A stretch of DNA of 64,000 nucleotides from a virus. Its lineage: Duplodnaviria > Heunggongvirae > Uroviricota > Caudoviricetes. Location of the stretch: IMG/VR virus record IMGVR_UViG_3300038443_000660, positions 66,082 to 130,081 of that record, one strand, 5' to 3'. Positions 35,495 through 44,467 of the stretch are shown here, one piece after another. Within the stretch, counting starts at the first letter, position 1; each line of letters starts with the position of its first letter. The translations under genes were made by a program, and so were the position numbers. The notes under the pieces are model-generated. The model was not told the origin of the DNA and did not search any database. It worked only from the letters and a program-made list of their open reading frames with translations.

Positions 35495-35749
35495 TTACTG
35501 AATAACGACATAAGAATTACGGTTGCGAGGATCACCGAACAGAGACTTCATTTCAACCCGAATGAAACGCTTATTGGTTTCCTTGTCGTTGGGATTAGGA
35601 ATGGTGATATACGCCTTCTTACCATGAGAATATGCTTCCCACTTGTTCAGCAGTTTATCGAAATACGATACGTCCAACTTCTTACCAGAAGTGAACTTGC
35701 CACCCAAACCGCCCTTAGACGTATACTTCGGCCTCGACTTAATTGCCAT
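35495..35749 (-). CDS. hypothetical protein
   Basis: 84 aa basic ORF. Confidence 0.35.
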   Translation of the reverse strand: MAIKSRPKYTSKGGLGGKFTSGKKLDVSYFDKLLNKWEAYSHGKKAYITIPNPNDKETNKRFIRVEMKSLFGDPRNRNSYVVIQ

Positions 35750-35936
35750 AACATATTCTCCTATTCAATCAATGTTGTTCATTTGTTTAAGTTTCTGTTC
35801 TAATACATCTGGTGACATATCAATGTCAAGAACTTTAGGTAAATTATTCCAGATTTCTTCAATCTTATGAGAACCATACATAGTTCCCGGTCTGTCTTGT
35901 TTCAACCAAAACAGAAAGTACATCAGGTTAGATTTT

Positions 35937-36455
35937 TCATTCAAATTTTCCATGATTGATTTCCAAAATTAAATCTACCAATCTATTCTTGTCCAATCCA
36001 TTGTACAGATTGTATACAGGAATTTCTCTCTCATATGCCAGTCTGATAGCAGTTGCGGTTCCACCAGAAGGAAAACCATCTTCTGTATAACATATGAGAA
36101 ATTTGGATGGAGTTTTTAAATCTTTTCCTAGAACTTGGTGAACATTTCTAGCATGAAGTTTTTTATGCGAATCCTTTAATTTGTTCCATGCCGGATGAAT
36201 TGTTGCGGCTATATCAAAAGATTCGGGCGATGGCAATAGCAATGAAGTAGAATTGTTGAATCCAATCCATGGCACCCAAATTTCTTTTTCTCCATTGCGT
36301 CTGTCCGTGCCAGTTTCAAATGCTAAATCTGCACCATCTGCACCACCAGAACGAAGAATAAAGTTAGAAACCGCAAGATATCCAGAAAGAACCATCATTA
36401 GGTTTTGGATGTTTTGTGGGGTTTTTCTTGACCCCACACCAGTAAAATAATTCAT
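35937..36455 (-). CDS. DprA/Smf-like (SLOG/Rossmann) protein
   Basis: GVGSRKTP...LRSGGADGADLAFETG...GGTATAIRLAYEREIPVY resembles the DprA-like Rossmann fold. Confidence 0.45.
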   Translation of the reverse strand: MNYFTGVGSRKTPQNIQNLMMVLSGYLAVSNFILRSGGADGADLAFETGTDRRNGEKEIWVPWIGFNNSTSLLLPSPESFDIAATIHPAWNKLKDSHKKLHARNVHQVLGKDLKTPSKFLICYTEDGFPSGGTATAIRLAYEREIPVYNLYNGLDKNRLVDLILEINHGKFE

Positions 36456-36958
36456 TCATATATTTCCATGGTGTTAGCGTCTTTTAGTTTTACCCAAAAG
36501 CGGCGTTTTCTGCCCTTTTTCATTGTTCCACCATCTCTTTGTGATGTTAAAAATGAAATATCTGTTTTGGAAATATTAAAAGTAATTGATGAATAATCCG
36601 ATGCACCCTTCCTGATAAAAACACGGTCAACCTTTAATTCTGTGTTTTTTGGTAATGTTATAGGATAAGCTACCGGTTCAAGATGATAACGTACATGATG
36701 CTGAATATATTCGCTCCAAAGAAAATCTATCGTTTCTTGTGGTTTTCCACTATGAACAGCATCAAAATATTCGATATGGGCATGTTCATATTTTAGCCTG
36801 CGAATTTCACGTTCTTCATCATAGAATTTATTCATATTGGAATTCAAATCAGCAAATGAATCCCAAACATCATCATTTCTATATTCTTTATAGAGCGGAA
36901 AACTCCAATCGGCAGCTAACGTGATAGTATCACCGATATCAGGAATATGTAATCTCAA
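36452..36958 (-). CDS. hypothetical protein
   Basis: 168 aa ORF. Confidence 0.4.
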   Translation of the reverse strand: MRLHIPDIGDTITLAADWSFPLYKEYRNDDVWDSFADLNSNMNKFYDEEREIRRLKYEHAHIEYFDAVHSGKPQETIDFLWSEYIQHHVRYHLEPVAYPITLPKNTELKVDRVFIRKGASDYSSITFNISKTDISFLTSQRDGGTMKKGRKRRFWVKLKDANTMEIYE

Positions 36959-37241
36959 TATAATGCCTCGCTACAGTTGAATCGTGAACATTCTGTCGAA
37001 TGATATTCGTTTTGATATATTTTCCATACCTGATTGCATTCGAGACAACGATAGGCATAAATTGTGTGATCAAGTTGTCTTAGATATGCTCGATTCTTCT
37101 TTCCATCAATGTATCTGTTACCATGTTCATCTACAGATGAATTTTTCCATCGTTTCCAAATGCGCTCTTGTGCTTTGTTGTAACGATAGTTTTCCCGTCG
37201 CCGTATATTTACGGGATCATATGAAAGTTGTCTAGGCATGT
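36955..37241 (-). CDS. zinc-finger hypothetical protein
   Basis: Truncated to the internal Met to avoid tRNA overlap; CLECN...CSRFNC. Confidence 0.35.
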
Positions 37242-37253
37242 AAAATCCTATAA

Positions 37254-37344
37254 TGGCGGAAAGTATCCGATTTGAACGGATGGAACGTATGAGGTTCGGC
37301 GACTTAGCAAGCCGCTGCAATAAGCCAGACTCTGCCAACTTTCC
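37254..37344 (-). tRNA. tRNA-Ser (GCU), class II
   Basis: Acceptor GGAAAGT/ACTTTCC, disc G, CCA; anticodon stem GCGGC/GTCGC with loop TTGCTAA; T arm ATCCG-TTCAAAT-CGGAT; long variable arm. Confidence 0.65.
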
Positions 37345-37352
37345 GCTAATAT

Positions 37353-37763
37353 TTATTCAGCAGCAACGCTCATTTCAGCTTCAAGAGCGTTTTCGATTTC
37401 GGTATTGAACTTATCCCGAAGGAATTCATCAGCCGATACACGGCGACGATAATCCTTGGCGCACTGGCGAGCGTTCAACATGGTATTTGCCAAAATACAG
37501 GTCAACGCAATCGTGCGCTGGTGAGCGCCCATATCAATACCCTTCTTGGCGAGTTGCTTGGATTCACGGCTCAATTCGCTGATATTGTCATAGGTGCGCT
37601 TCCAAAGATCAGTCCACTTAAGGTATGTGGTCTTGTCCATGTCTTCAAAACGAACATCTAGGAAACGAAAAACCGGTTGAATCAGTGCTTCCAAATCATT
37701 GTATGCCCAGATTTCCTTGAGAGAATAGGCGTTCTGGCGAAACTTAGAATTTGCCTTGTTCAT
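37353..37763 (-). CDS. hypothetical protein
   Basis: 136 aa ORF. Confidence 0.4.
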   Translation of the reverse strand: MNKANSKFRQNAYSLKEIWAYNDLEALIQPVFRFLDVRFEDMDKTTYLKWTDLWKRTYDNISELSRESKQLAKKGIDMGAHQRTIALTCILANTMLNARQCAKDYRRRVSADEFLRDKFNTEIENALEAEMSVAAE

Positions 37764-37944
37764 GAATACATTCCTCTTTCTGTCTATTATCGCATGATAG
37801 TTTAAGTTTTAAAATTTCAGTCACTTCTAACCAAGGATTATGATTGAGAGGTTTGGAAATTATTAAACCTTGGCATGATACTAAGATAAATGAAGAACAG
37901 ATTAAAAGCAAGGGGAAAAATAGTTTCTTCATGTTTATACGCAA
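37744..37944 (-). CDS. small lipoprotein
   Basis: MRINMKKLFFPLLLICSSFILVSC lipobox. Confidence 0.4.
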   Translation of the reverse strand: MRINMKKLFFPLLLICSSFILVSCQGLIISKPLNHNPWLEVTEILKLKLSCDNRQKEECIHEQGKF

Positions 37945-37958
37945 GTTTTTAGAGTTTT

Positions 37959-38043
37959 TGGTGCGGAATCCCGGACTCGAACCGGGACGCCTTACGGCAT
38001 GACGTTTTGAGTGTCACATGGCTACCAATTACATCAATCCCGC
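37959..38043 (-). tRNA. tRNA-Leu (CAA), class II
   Basis: Acceptor GCGGGAT/ATTCCGC plus A plus CCA, anticodon loop CTCAAAA, variable hairpin GCC-GTAA-GGC, T arm CCCGG-TTCGAGT-CCGGG. Confidence 0.6.
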
Positions 38044-38047
38044 CCAA

Positions 38048-38130
38048 TGGTGCGCCGGGGGAGATTCGAACTCCCAAAAGCACGGTTTCTAAGACCGTTA
38101 GCTGTACCGATTTGCATATGCCACCAGCGC
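38048..38130 (-). tRNA. tRNA-Leu (UAG)-like with enlarged D region
   Basis: Acceptor GCGCTGG/CCGGCGC plus A plus CCA, anticodon stem ACGGT/ACCGT with loop CTTAGAA, T arm GGGAG-TTCGAAT-CTCCC; D region ~23 nt. Confidence 0.5.
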
Positions 38131-38139
38131 ATTTCTTTA

Positions 38140-38168
38140 TTTATAATCTATGAGACAAAACTTGTCAA
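38140..38168 (-). promoter_or_regulatory. sigma70-like promoter driving the tRNA-Leu pair
   Basis: Minus strand: TTGACAAGTTTTGTCTCATAGATTATAAA; predicted start ~3 nt before the tRNA 5' end. Confidence 0.5.
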
Positions 38169-38173
38169 CAGTT

Positions 38174-38389
38174 TTAAGCATTGACATACATTGTAGATGA
38201 TTCACGCTGCGTCTTGGCATTCTTTCGGCACTTCTTGTAAAGTTCAGCATTCTTCTTGGTAGAGAAATTCTGAACTTCATTATCAGGGCCAATGACTGTC
38301 CATTTCAGCATCGGATCATGCCAATCACCATCATGATAAGGCTTATCAAGCTTACAAACAACGATACCCTTCACTTCCGCCTCCATCAA
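38174..38389 (-). CDS. hypothetical protein
   Basis: 71 aa ORF. Confidence 0.35.
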   Translation of the reverse strand: MMEAEVKGIVVCKLDKPYHDGDWHDPMLKWTVIGPDNEVQNFSTKKNAELYKKCRKNAKTQRESSTMYVNA

Positions 38390-38688
38390 TAATAAATCAT
38401 CTGCAATCCGAGATTGTCACAACGAGTCGGAATGCCCCGTACACTTGGATAATTATTCAACTCACACACAATATCATAGGCGGTTGCTTCACCATCGTTT
38501 TCTTCTGCTTCGGTAGCAATAGCGACGGCATAGGCATAACCGATTTTCGCCGCATCGCCACTTCCACAAACAATACCAGTGGTAGTTCGACCGAACATAC
38601 CACGGCCCGAATAATCCTCGTAAACCTCTGCCTCAACGTCCATTTCACCCAGAACATCGACAACACGCTTTGCAACAGCAAGTTCCAT
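38386..38688 (-). CDS. hypothetical protein
   Basis: 100 aa ORF, GC-richer. Confidence 0.4.
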   Translation of the reverse strand: MELAVAKRVVDVLGEMDVEAEVYEDYSGRGMFGRTTTGIVCGSGDAAKIGYAYAVAIATEAEENDGEATAYDIVCELNNYPSVRGIPTRCDNLGLQMIYY

Positions 38689-38700
38689 TTCAAAACCCTT

Positions 38701-38985
38701 TCAATAATAAACCTTCATCTCACCGTAACCAGCCCAAATGTTGGTGTGAAGCTTCCCATCAGAGCCTTGAGCAAGGCCCTCTTTATCGTGAGGAGTCATT
38801 TGAGTTTCATCACGAAACGCCGCAATCTTGGCGAAGCCATCGTAATGCTTGGCAATCATCGCATAGGCAACCTTCCGACCAAGGTTTGTCTTCACATGCT
38901 CCCACTTGGTGGCACCATCAGGAAGGAGAATATCAGCAAAGTAGTTCGCTTCCGGCTTTCTGGTCTGGTATCCATAGACAGTCAT
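38701..38985 (-). CDS. hypothetical protein
   Basis: 94 aa ORF downstream of a promoter. Confidence 0.4.
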   Translation of the reverse strand: MTVYGYQTRKPEANYFADILLPDGATKWEHVKTNLGRKVAYAMIAKHYDGFAKIAAFRDETQMTPHDKEGLAQGSDGKLHTNIWAGYGEMKVYY

Positions 38986-39014
38986 TTCGAAACCCTCTTT
39001 CTTCCTACATTTTT

Positions 39015-39042
39015 ATAATATAGAAATAATCGAGAATGTCAA
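39015..39042 (-). promoter_or_regulatory. sigma70-like promoter TTGACA-N16-TATTAT (conserved family)
   Basis: Minus strand: TTGACATTCTCGATTATTTCTATATTAT. Confidence 0.6.
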
Positions 39043-39050
39043 TCGTGTTT

Positions 39051-39347
39051 TTATCTAATAATCAAAGAAAATTTTCTGAATTTTTCACCAGTAAATTCCA
39101 GCAATTCTGTGATCGCCGCTATTGTGGTTTTGCCCCAACCACGATTACCAGATTCTTCGTCTCCATCAAAAAAAGCACACCATATCTTATCGTCATGTTC
39201 TGCTTTTTGAATTACTATATTTTTTCGTATCGGATACCACCTAACGGCGGCTATTGGTGTGATGATACCATCTACAGGACGCCAAATAAATTCCATGATT
39301 TTACTCCAAAATATTACAAATTTCTGGGTCAGCTTCCATTTCTTCAA
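39051..39347 (-). CDS. hypothetical protein
   Basis: 98 aa ORF. Confidence 0.35.
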   Translation of the reverse strand: MKKWKLTQKFVIFWSKIMEFIWRPVDGIITPIAAVRWYPIRKNIVIQKAEHDDKIWCAFFDGDEESGNRGWGKTTIAAITELLEFTGEKFRKFSLIIR

Positions 39348-39507
39348 TCAAACGTGATAAAATTACTCTATTGGCGTTCGGATAATTAATGGTATCGTGC
39401 AACACTCTGATTGCTGCATCATAAGCGGCTTGTAAAACATCTTTTGGAGGAAGTTCATCCGACTGGAAATGGTCTTTAAGCCATCTGTTCATTGTCGTTT
39501 CCCTTTT

Positions 39508-39831
39508 TTACAGCTTGGTATAAAGGCCAGTCTGTTCGGTGAAAATATCCTGTAGCTGGTCCCAATAGACATTGGCAACCGTGTAAACAAGTCGGTTTTC
39601 CAGCTTCTTTGCATTCCACTTGTTGAACGTCATGCGATACGTATCGTTAACGTCAAGAGTAATGTTGATATTGTTGATTCCGTTCTTCAACGGAATCCAG
39701 AAATTCAGACATTCATCGCCAGCAGTAAACTTTTTGGCACCAGTCATGGCGATAAATCGCTGCCCGCCAAGCTGGTTCAGGATAGTGTGAGCAACCTCTT
39801 GATTATAGGACATTTTAATTCCCGTTAGCAT
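39508..39831 (-). CDS. hypothetical protein
   Basis: 107 aa ORF. Confidence 0.4.
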   Translation of the reverse strand: MLTGIKMSYNQEVAHTILNQLGGQRFIAMTGAKKFTAGDECLNFWIPLKNGINNINITLDVNDTYRMTFNKWNAKKLENRLVYTVANVYWDQLQDIFTEQTGLYTKL

Positions 39832-40024
39832 AGATTTTCAGAAGAACCAAATCACCACCAAGAGCGGCGATGACAGCTTCGGCAAGCTTTCGTTCTGCCC
39901 TAGCCCGACTCTGCATCGCCACAATCTGTGGATTCTGGTCCTTGATAGCTTCCACTTCTTCCGAAGAATCGACAACCTCTTTCAGAAGCTTCTTAATCAG
40001 CAGTTGTTCTTTCACATTAACCAT
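39815..40024 (-). CDS. hypothetical protein
   Basis: 69 aa ORF downstream of a promoter. Confidence 0.35.
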   Translation of the reverse strand: MVNVKEQLLIKKLLKEVVDSSEEVEAIKDQNPQIVAMQSRARAERKLAEAVIAALGGDLVLLKIYANGN

Positions 40025-40052
40025 GTCGGAACCTCAATTCATCTTCATTTAT

Positions 40053-40080
40053 ATAATACGAAAATGTAGACGAATGTCAA
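40053..40080 (-). promoter_or_regulatory. sigma70-like promoter TTGACA-N16-TATTAT (conserved family)
   Basis: Minus strand: TTGACATTCGTCTACATTTTCGTATTAT. Confidence 0.6.
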
Positions 40081-40550
40081 GCGTTTTTATTTTCCAGAGC
40101 ATTTTTAAGAAAATGATAAGTTTTCACATACTTATTCATCCTCTCCAAATCTTTTTCACGAATGCCTTTCAGCCGTCGCAAATCCATGTTGTGGCGAAGA
40201 TCGCACATTTTTACTTTAGTTGCATCATGGTTCGACATCAAATTGGCGATATACGAATCATACGAATCTTCGTCTTTGTGGGTAAGCAATCGAACAGCCG
40301 CAACAACCCTATCGGTCATACCGATGTATTTCAAGGCTTCGAAACCAGCTTCATGATCGTTTGAGTAGGCGTCTTCAACAACATCATGCAGAACGGCGAT
40401 AGCCATCAGTTCTTCATCATCAGTTTTCAGGAAACTCATTACCCGGAGCGGATGCAGAATGTACGGAAGTCCACCACGATCAAACTGTCCGTCATGCTTC
40501 TGTGTCGCAAATGTAATTGCCTTTGAAAGAATGTGTTTATTGTTCATCAC
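40077..40550 (-). CDS. small alarmone hydrolase (HD domain, SpoT/Mesh1-like (p)ppGpp hydrolase)
   Basis: AITFATQKHDGQFDRGGLPYILHPLRVMSFL...AIAVLHDVVEDAYS is the RelA/SpoT HD hydrolase signature; 157 aa, no synthetase domain. Confidence 0.65.
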   Translation of the reverse strand: MMNNKHILSKAITFATQKHDGQFDRGGLPYILHPLRVMSFLKTDDEELMAIAVLHDVVEDAYSNDHEAGFEALKYIGMTDRVVAAVRLLTHKDEDSYDSYIANLMSNHDATKVKMCDLRHNMDLRRLKGIREKDLERMNKYVKTYHFLKNALENKNA

Positions 40551-40801
40551 TTGCCTTCTTTATTGATATAGTAATCCTCTTTATGCCAACCAGTTTCGTA
40601 TGCTTCATAAGGATCAGGTTCTACATCAGAATCATACGGATTGTCGTACTGACCCTTTGACCGGTCATGTATTCCACCAAGCATTGTGTACCATGCTGGT
40701 GTAAACATTGGATATTCTTTAAAATCTGTATTCATGTCATTACACCCTTTCCATATTTTCATTTTATAGAAGTAATAATGGTTGTCAAGAAATTTCTTCA
40801 A
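40547..40801 (-). CDS. hypothetical protein
   Basis: 84 aa ORF. Confidence 0.35.
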   Translation of the reverse strand: MKKFLDNHYYFYKMKIWKGCNDMNTDFKEYPMFTPAWYTMLGGIHDRSKGQYDNPYDSDVEPDPYEAYETGWHKEDYYINKEGK

Positions 40802-41009
40802 TCAACCAAATCATGTCGTTTCTAACACGGCGGTCTTTCGACCAACTTGCCAAGCCGCCTCTTTTGGTCAACACAATGGGTTGGAATGCACCTTCGTAAC
40901 GCCCAACAAAATAATTATTATTTTCGTCGGACCACAAAATTTCACACACATTTCCCAGATTATTTTTGTATCTTTTACCGACTTCTAACGCAATCATAGA
41001 ATTCTCCAA
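40785..41009 (-). CDS. hypothetical protein
   Basis: 74 aa ORF. Confidence 0.35.
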   Translation of the reverse strand: MENSMIALEVGKRYKNNLGNVCEILWSDENNNYFVGRYEGAFQPIVLTKRGGLASWSKDRRVRNDMIWLIEEIS

Positions 41010-41045
41010 AAAAAGAAGGCGACTCCCGAAAGAGCCGCCTTTAAG
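41006..41045 (-). terminator. rho-independent terminator
   Basis: AAGGCG...CGCCTT hairpin followed by TTTTTTTGG on the minus strand, downstream of the solute-binding protein gene. Confidence 0.55.
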
Positions 41046-41068
41046 TTGCTCCCTACTAAGAAGCTGTA

Positions 41069-41980
41069 TTAATTACCGTATTCCGACACGATAGAAGCCT
41101 TGGCACGGTTCATGTACTTAATGAAATCACCCAAAGCCTTTTCATTCTGAAACTTTTCGGGGTTGATGTATACACCAGCCAACCACGATACAGTTTCACG
41201 CTTTCCACCAAAGAAACCCTGCAAATTTTTGTAGGTGCGGGGAATGTCAATGAACTCATAGAGCGGCTTGCCCCGAATATCCTTGGCGTCGTTGAAGTCC
41301 CAATCGGTGGCTTCCGCCATGACAACAGAGTCGGAAAGGTTGTCGTTAGCTTCCTGCATGGTCGAATTATTCAAGCCAGCAGCGATAATCATACAAGTGG
41401 TTTCACCCGATGAAACCGAACCAAGAGCAATATTATCCGGTTCGTTCATCGTTGGAACGTCCTTATACGAAGCATCCTCGGCAATGAAGTTCTGCCAAAT
41501 AGCCCATGCACCAGAGCCTTCCTTACCGATATTGACCGTGAACGGATTACCGGCAGAATCCTTGCCACCGGGCAAATCCTCGATATCGTCAACACCGGAT
41601 TCCTTGTTGCAAAGCACCTGTAGATATTCACGGTGCAACTGGCCGACTTGCTTGACCGGCAGCGACTTATTAGCCCGCTTTGCCAGAACTACGGCGTCGG
41701 GCTGGCCAATGAAGGCATCGCAAGAATCAGGTTCACCGGCAACAACATCGACCGAGCGGCGGATATTATCGAGAGAACCGGCTGATTCGACAACATTAAT
41801 ACGAACGTTGGCCGAACCATTTGCCTGCGAAGCAATCATCTTGCCTGCCTGATTATACGGAAATCCGCTAGAACCAGTGCAGAGAGTGACCGAAGTCGGT
41901 TCGGCGGCGGCAACAGACGCAAAACCAATTGTTGCCGCCAGTGCTGCCGAAACAGCAAAAATCATAGTCTTAATCTTCAT
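41069..41980 (-). CDS. periplasmic solute-binding protein (TAXI/TRAP- or phosphonate/phosphate-binding-like), GC-rich island
   Basis: Signal peptide MKIKTMIFAVSAALAATIGFASVAAA; 303 aa; local GC ~50 percent versus the ~35 percent backbone. Confidence 0.45.
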   Translation of the reverse strand: MKIKTMIFAVSAALAATIGFASVAAAEPTSVTLCTGSSGFPYNQAGKMIASQANGSANVRINVVESAGSLDNIRRSVDVVAGEPDSCDAFIGQPDAVVLAKRANKSLPVKQVGQLHREYLQVLCNKESGVDDIEDLPGGKDSAGNPFTVNIGKEGSGAWAIWQNFIAEDASYKDVPTMNEPDNIALGSVSSGETTCMIIAAGLNNSTMQEANDNLSDSVVMAEATDWDFNDAKDIRGKPLYEFIDIPRTYKNLQGFFGGKRETVSWLAGVYINPEKFQNEKALGDFIKYMNRAKASIVSEYGN

Positions 41981-41991
41981 GATATATAATC

Positions 41992-42411
41992 CTATTCTTT
42001 CTTCAAGAGTTTGTTTACAAGTTGGGAAGCAAGTTTACCATCGTATTGGTTTGCATAATTGGCCTTTAAATGACCCATTAATGCCCCAATATTCGCCTTT
42101 CCATCATCGATAGCATTCTGAATAATATCTGTCAACTCTTTTTCAGAAAGATTTTGAGGAAGATATGTCAAAAGAATATTCTTTTCAGTGAGTAACGCCT
42201 TGTCTTCCTTGATTTTCAGTGTGTCATCGATATTTTTGACAAACTTCTTAACAGTAGATACAGCAAGGTCGTCGGAAATACACTTTTTTCCATCTTCAAT
42301 GACAGATTTGGTTTCCATCTCCCCGATTAAGGTAGACAGAAGCAAAGATTTCTCTGTTTCTCTGTGCTTTCGAGCCTCAACGAAGTCTCTCTTGATAATA
42401 TCAATCAGCAT
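41992..42411 (-). CDS. GatB/YqeY-domain protein
   Basis: 139 aa; LLTYLPQNLSEKELTDII...GALMGHLKANYANQYDGKLASQLVNKLL matches the YqeY pattern. Confidence 0.55.
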   Translation of the reverse strand: MLIDIIKRDFVEARKHRETEKSLLLSTLIGEMETKSVIEDGKKCISDDLAVSTVKKFVKNIDDTLKIKEDKALLTEKNILLTYLPQNLSEKELTDIIQNAIDDGKANIGALMGHLKANYANQYDGKLASQLVNKLLKKE

Positions 42412-42412
42412 T

Positions 42413-42874
42413 TTAAGGTTCCAATACTTCTTTCAACATTTCGATTGTGTCATTTAACTTGATATTGTTATATGATTCCCCAGAAGCATGATGTTCATAC
42501 CCGTCTAATTCGTCTCTGACATTTTCTAAAACTGGCAAAGTTTCTTTGACTAGTTTAAATAGACTACAAACAACATCAGCCAAGTCAGCAGAAGCTTTCG
42601 CTTCTCTATGTAACCATTGGGCGAGATATACGGGCGTCGATTCATCTACATGGCCGTCCAATTGATTGGCCACTTCATATACGTCACGTCCATTGATTGT
42701 CAACGATGTAATATCACCACCATAATTTTTTTCTTCAATTTTATTCACAATCTGGCTCTCAATATTTGATGAATGGAGTGACAGGAAGCCGCCGTTTATG
42801 TATAGTTGCGAAATATCTGTCCACAATCTTATTGTGGGCTTCAATCCCCACGTCCTTACCTTCAAGAAAATCAT
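42413..42874 (-). CDS. hypothetical protein (start uncertain)
   Basis: 153 aa ORF overlapping the nadE 3' end by ~115 nt; the true start may be downstream. Confidence 0.3.
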   Translation of the reverse strand: MIFLKVRTWGLKPTIRLWTDISQLYINGGFLSLHSSNIESQIVNKIEEKNYGGDITSLTINGRDVYEVANQLDGHVDESTPVYLAQWLHREAKASADLADVVCSLFKLVKETLPVLENVRDELDGYEHHASGESYNNIKLNDTIEMLKEVLEP

Positions 42875-43598
42875 CGATTTGGGAATAAGTCAGTCCAAAT
42901 GCAACTTCATCTGGTAATCCCGGCTTATTCGTTTCCAAATCGGCAGTCGGCACCTTATTGACCAGTTCATCTGGAATGTTCAACGCTTTACCAATTTTCA
43001 TGATTTGACGTTTATTTAAACCAGCGAGAGGCATAATATCAGCAGCGCCGTCACCAAATTTCGTAAAGAAACCCATTACAGCTTCGGCAGCATGGTCCGT
43101 TCCTACAACTAAGCCATTGGTTTCACTAGCAACGGCGTATTGTACAACCATACGTTGCCTTGCTTTGATATTACCCAAATTAAAATCGGATAGCATCTTA
43201 GAAGTACCCTCAAACAAGGTATTATCGACCGATGATGCTAAATCGTCAGTGCATGACTTGATATTGATTTCCAGTGTTCTATCCGGTTGGATAATTGATA
43301 AGGCATTACGAGCATCTTCTTTATCAATTTGCATACCATATGGCAAGCGGACGCCAATCATTGTAGCATCGTATTGATAGCATCGTAGAATGGTAACAGC
43401 ATTTCTAACCAGCACACCGGCGACCGTGGAATCCACACCACCAGAAATACCGATGACATATGTGTTGTGACCGGAATTTTGCAAAGTATCTACCAAAAAT
43501 CTTGTTCTAAGGCAAATTTCCTTCGACATGACGATTGATGGCCTGACACCGAAATGATTAATTATCAAGGTTTGTTCACTAGAAAGCATAATACACAT
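42759..43598 (-). CDS. nadE: NH3-dependent NAD+ synthetase
   Basis: PP-loop YVIGISGGVDS; NadE-like architecture; ~275 aa. Confidence 0.65.
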   Translation of the reverse strand: MCIMLSSEQTLIINHFGVRPSIVMSKEICLRTRFLVDTLQNSGHNTYVIGISGGVDSTVAGVLVRNAVTILRCYQYDATMIGVRLPYGMQIDKEDARNALSIIQPDRTLEINIKSCTDDLASSVDNTLFEGTSKMLSDFNLGNIKARQRMVVQYAVASETNGLVVGTDHAAEAVMGFFTKFGDGAADIMPLAGLNKRQIMKIGKALNIPDELVNKVPTADLETNKPGLPDEVAFGLTYSQIDDFLEGKDVGIEAHNKIVDRYFATIHKRRLPVTPFIKY

Positions 43599-43606
43599 CC
43601 TTTATA

Positions 43607-43682
43607 TGGCCGGGACACCGATATTTGAAATCGGCCTAACTCTTAGACAGAGAGTCGTGCTAAGCCACTACACTATGCCCCG
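43607..43682 (-). tRNA. tRNA-Asp (GUC)
   Basis: Acceptor CGGGGCA/TGTCCCG, disc G, CCA; D stem GTGT/GCAC; anticodon stem ACTCT/AGAGT with loop CTGTCTA; T arm CCGAT-TTCAAAT-ATCGG. Confidence 0.65.
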
Positions 43683-43949
43683 GTTTGTTTCAACCGTAAT
43701 CTTAATTTCCAACGGTTGTGCGTAAATTACCTTTATCACATCATTATGATGAAATCTAAGATAATTGTCAAGTTCTTCTTTGGTTTCAAAAACCAAATAG
43801 TCGATAGAGGTTATGGTTTCTGTGTATGCCGGATAACCATGGCCCGGATTTGTTCGACTTCTTTCATCGCCTTCATGATGTATGGTTCGAACATTATTTC
43901 GTAGGACAGCATAATGTTCAGTTTTTGGAATGTTTTTCAATTCGGTCAT
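43668..43949 (-). CDS. hypothetical protein
   Basis: 93 aa ORF; 3' end overlaps the tRNA-Asp 5' end by ~15 nt. Confidence 0.3.
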   Translation of the reverse strand: MTELKNIPKTEHYAVLRNNVRTIHHEGDERSRTNPGHGYPAYTETITSIDYLVFETKEELDNYLRFHHNDVIKVIYAQPLEIKITVETNRGIV

Positions 43950-43962
43950 ATCTCACCTGTAT

Positions 43963-44199
43963 TTATACGATTTCTGGAGTCCAGTCTCTTTTATGTTGAT
44001 AGCATTTTTTGCAAATTGGTCTAATTGGATTTCCCGTATTTCTATCGAATTGTGGCTTCCAATCGTGTTCTTCACGTTGTTTGTGTCCATCTGGTGTGGA
44101 CGAATAGGTTGTTCCACATTCTTCGCAACCCTGACAATCCTGCGGCCAATCAGAGCCGAACCAATTGCTTTTTCCACACTTGCATCTTAGATAAATCAT
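43963..44199 (-). CDS. zinc-ribbon protein
   Basis: CKCGKSNWF...CQGCEECG...CKKC. Confidence 0.4.
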   Translation of the reverse strand: MIYLRCKCGKSNWFGSDWPQDCQGCEECGTTYSSTPDGHKQREEHDWKPQFDRNTGNPIRPICKKCYQHKRDWTPEIV

Positions 44200-44465
44200 A
44201 TAAGTTCAACTCGGTTTAATTTAGTAAAACGAGCATTCCAGTCGTCAATCATCCCATTTCCATCTAATCGTGGAATATCAAGTTCTAAATATATTCCCCA
44301 ATAATCAGGACCATATGCATCTTTAATGATTGCTTCTCGATTCTTCCTACGATACTTTATCATGACCTTTCGACCAACCAAGACGGATTTCAAATAATCC
44401 AAATATTCTTTTTCGGTTTCTCGGAATTCAAAATATTTCTCATTGAATTCTTCATCCAGCGCCAT
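44196..44465 (-). CDS. hypothetical protein
   Basis: 89 aa ORF. Confidence 0.35.
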   Translation of the reverse strand: MALDEEFNEKYFEFRETEKEYLDYLKSVLVGRKVMIKYRRKNREAIIKDAYGPDYWGIYLELDIPRLDGNGMIDDWNARFTKLNRVELI

Positions 44466-44467
44466 GA

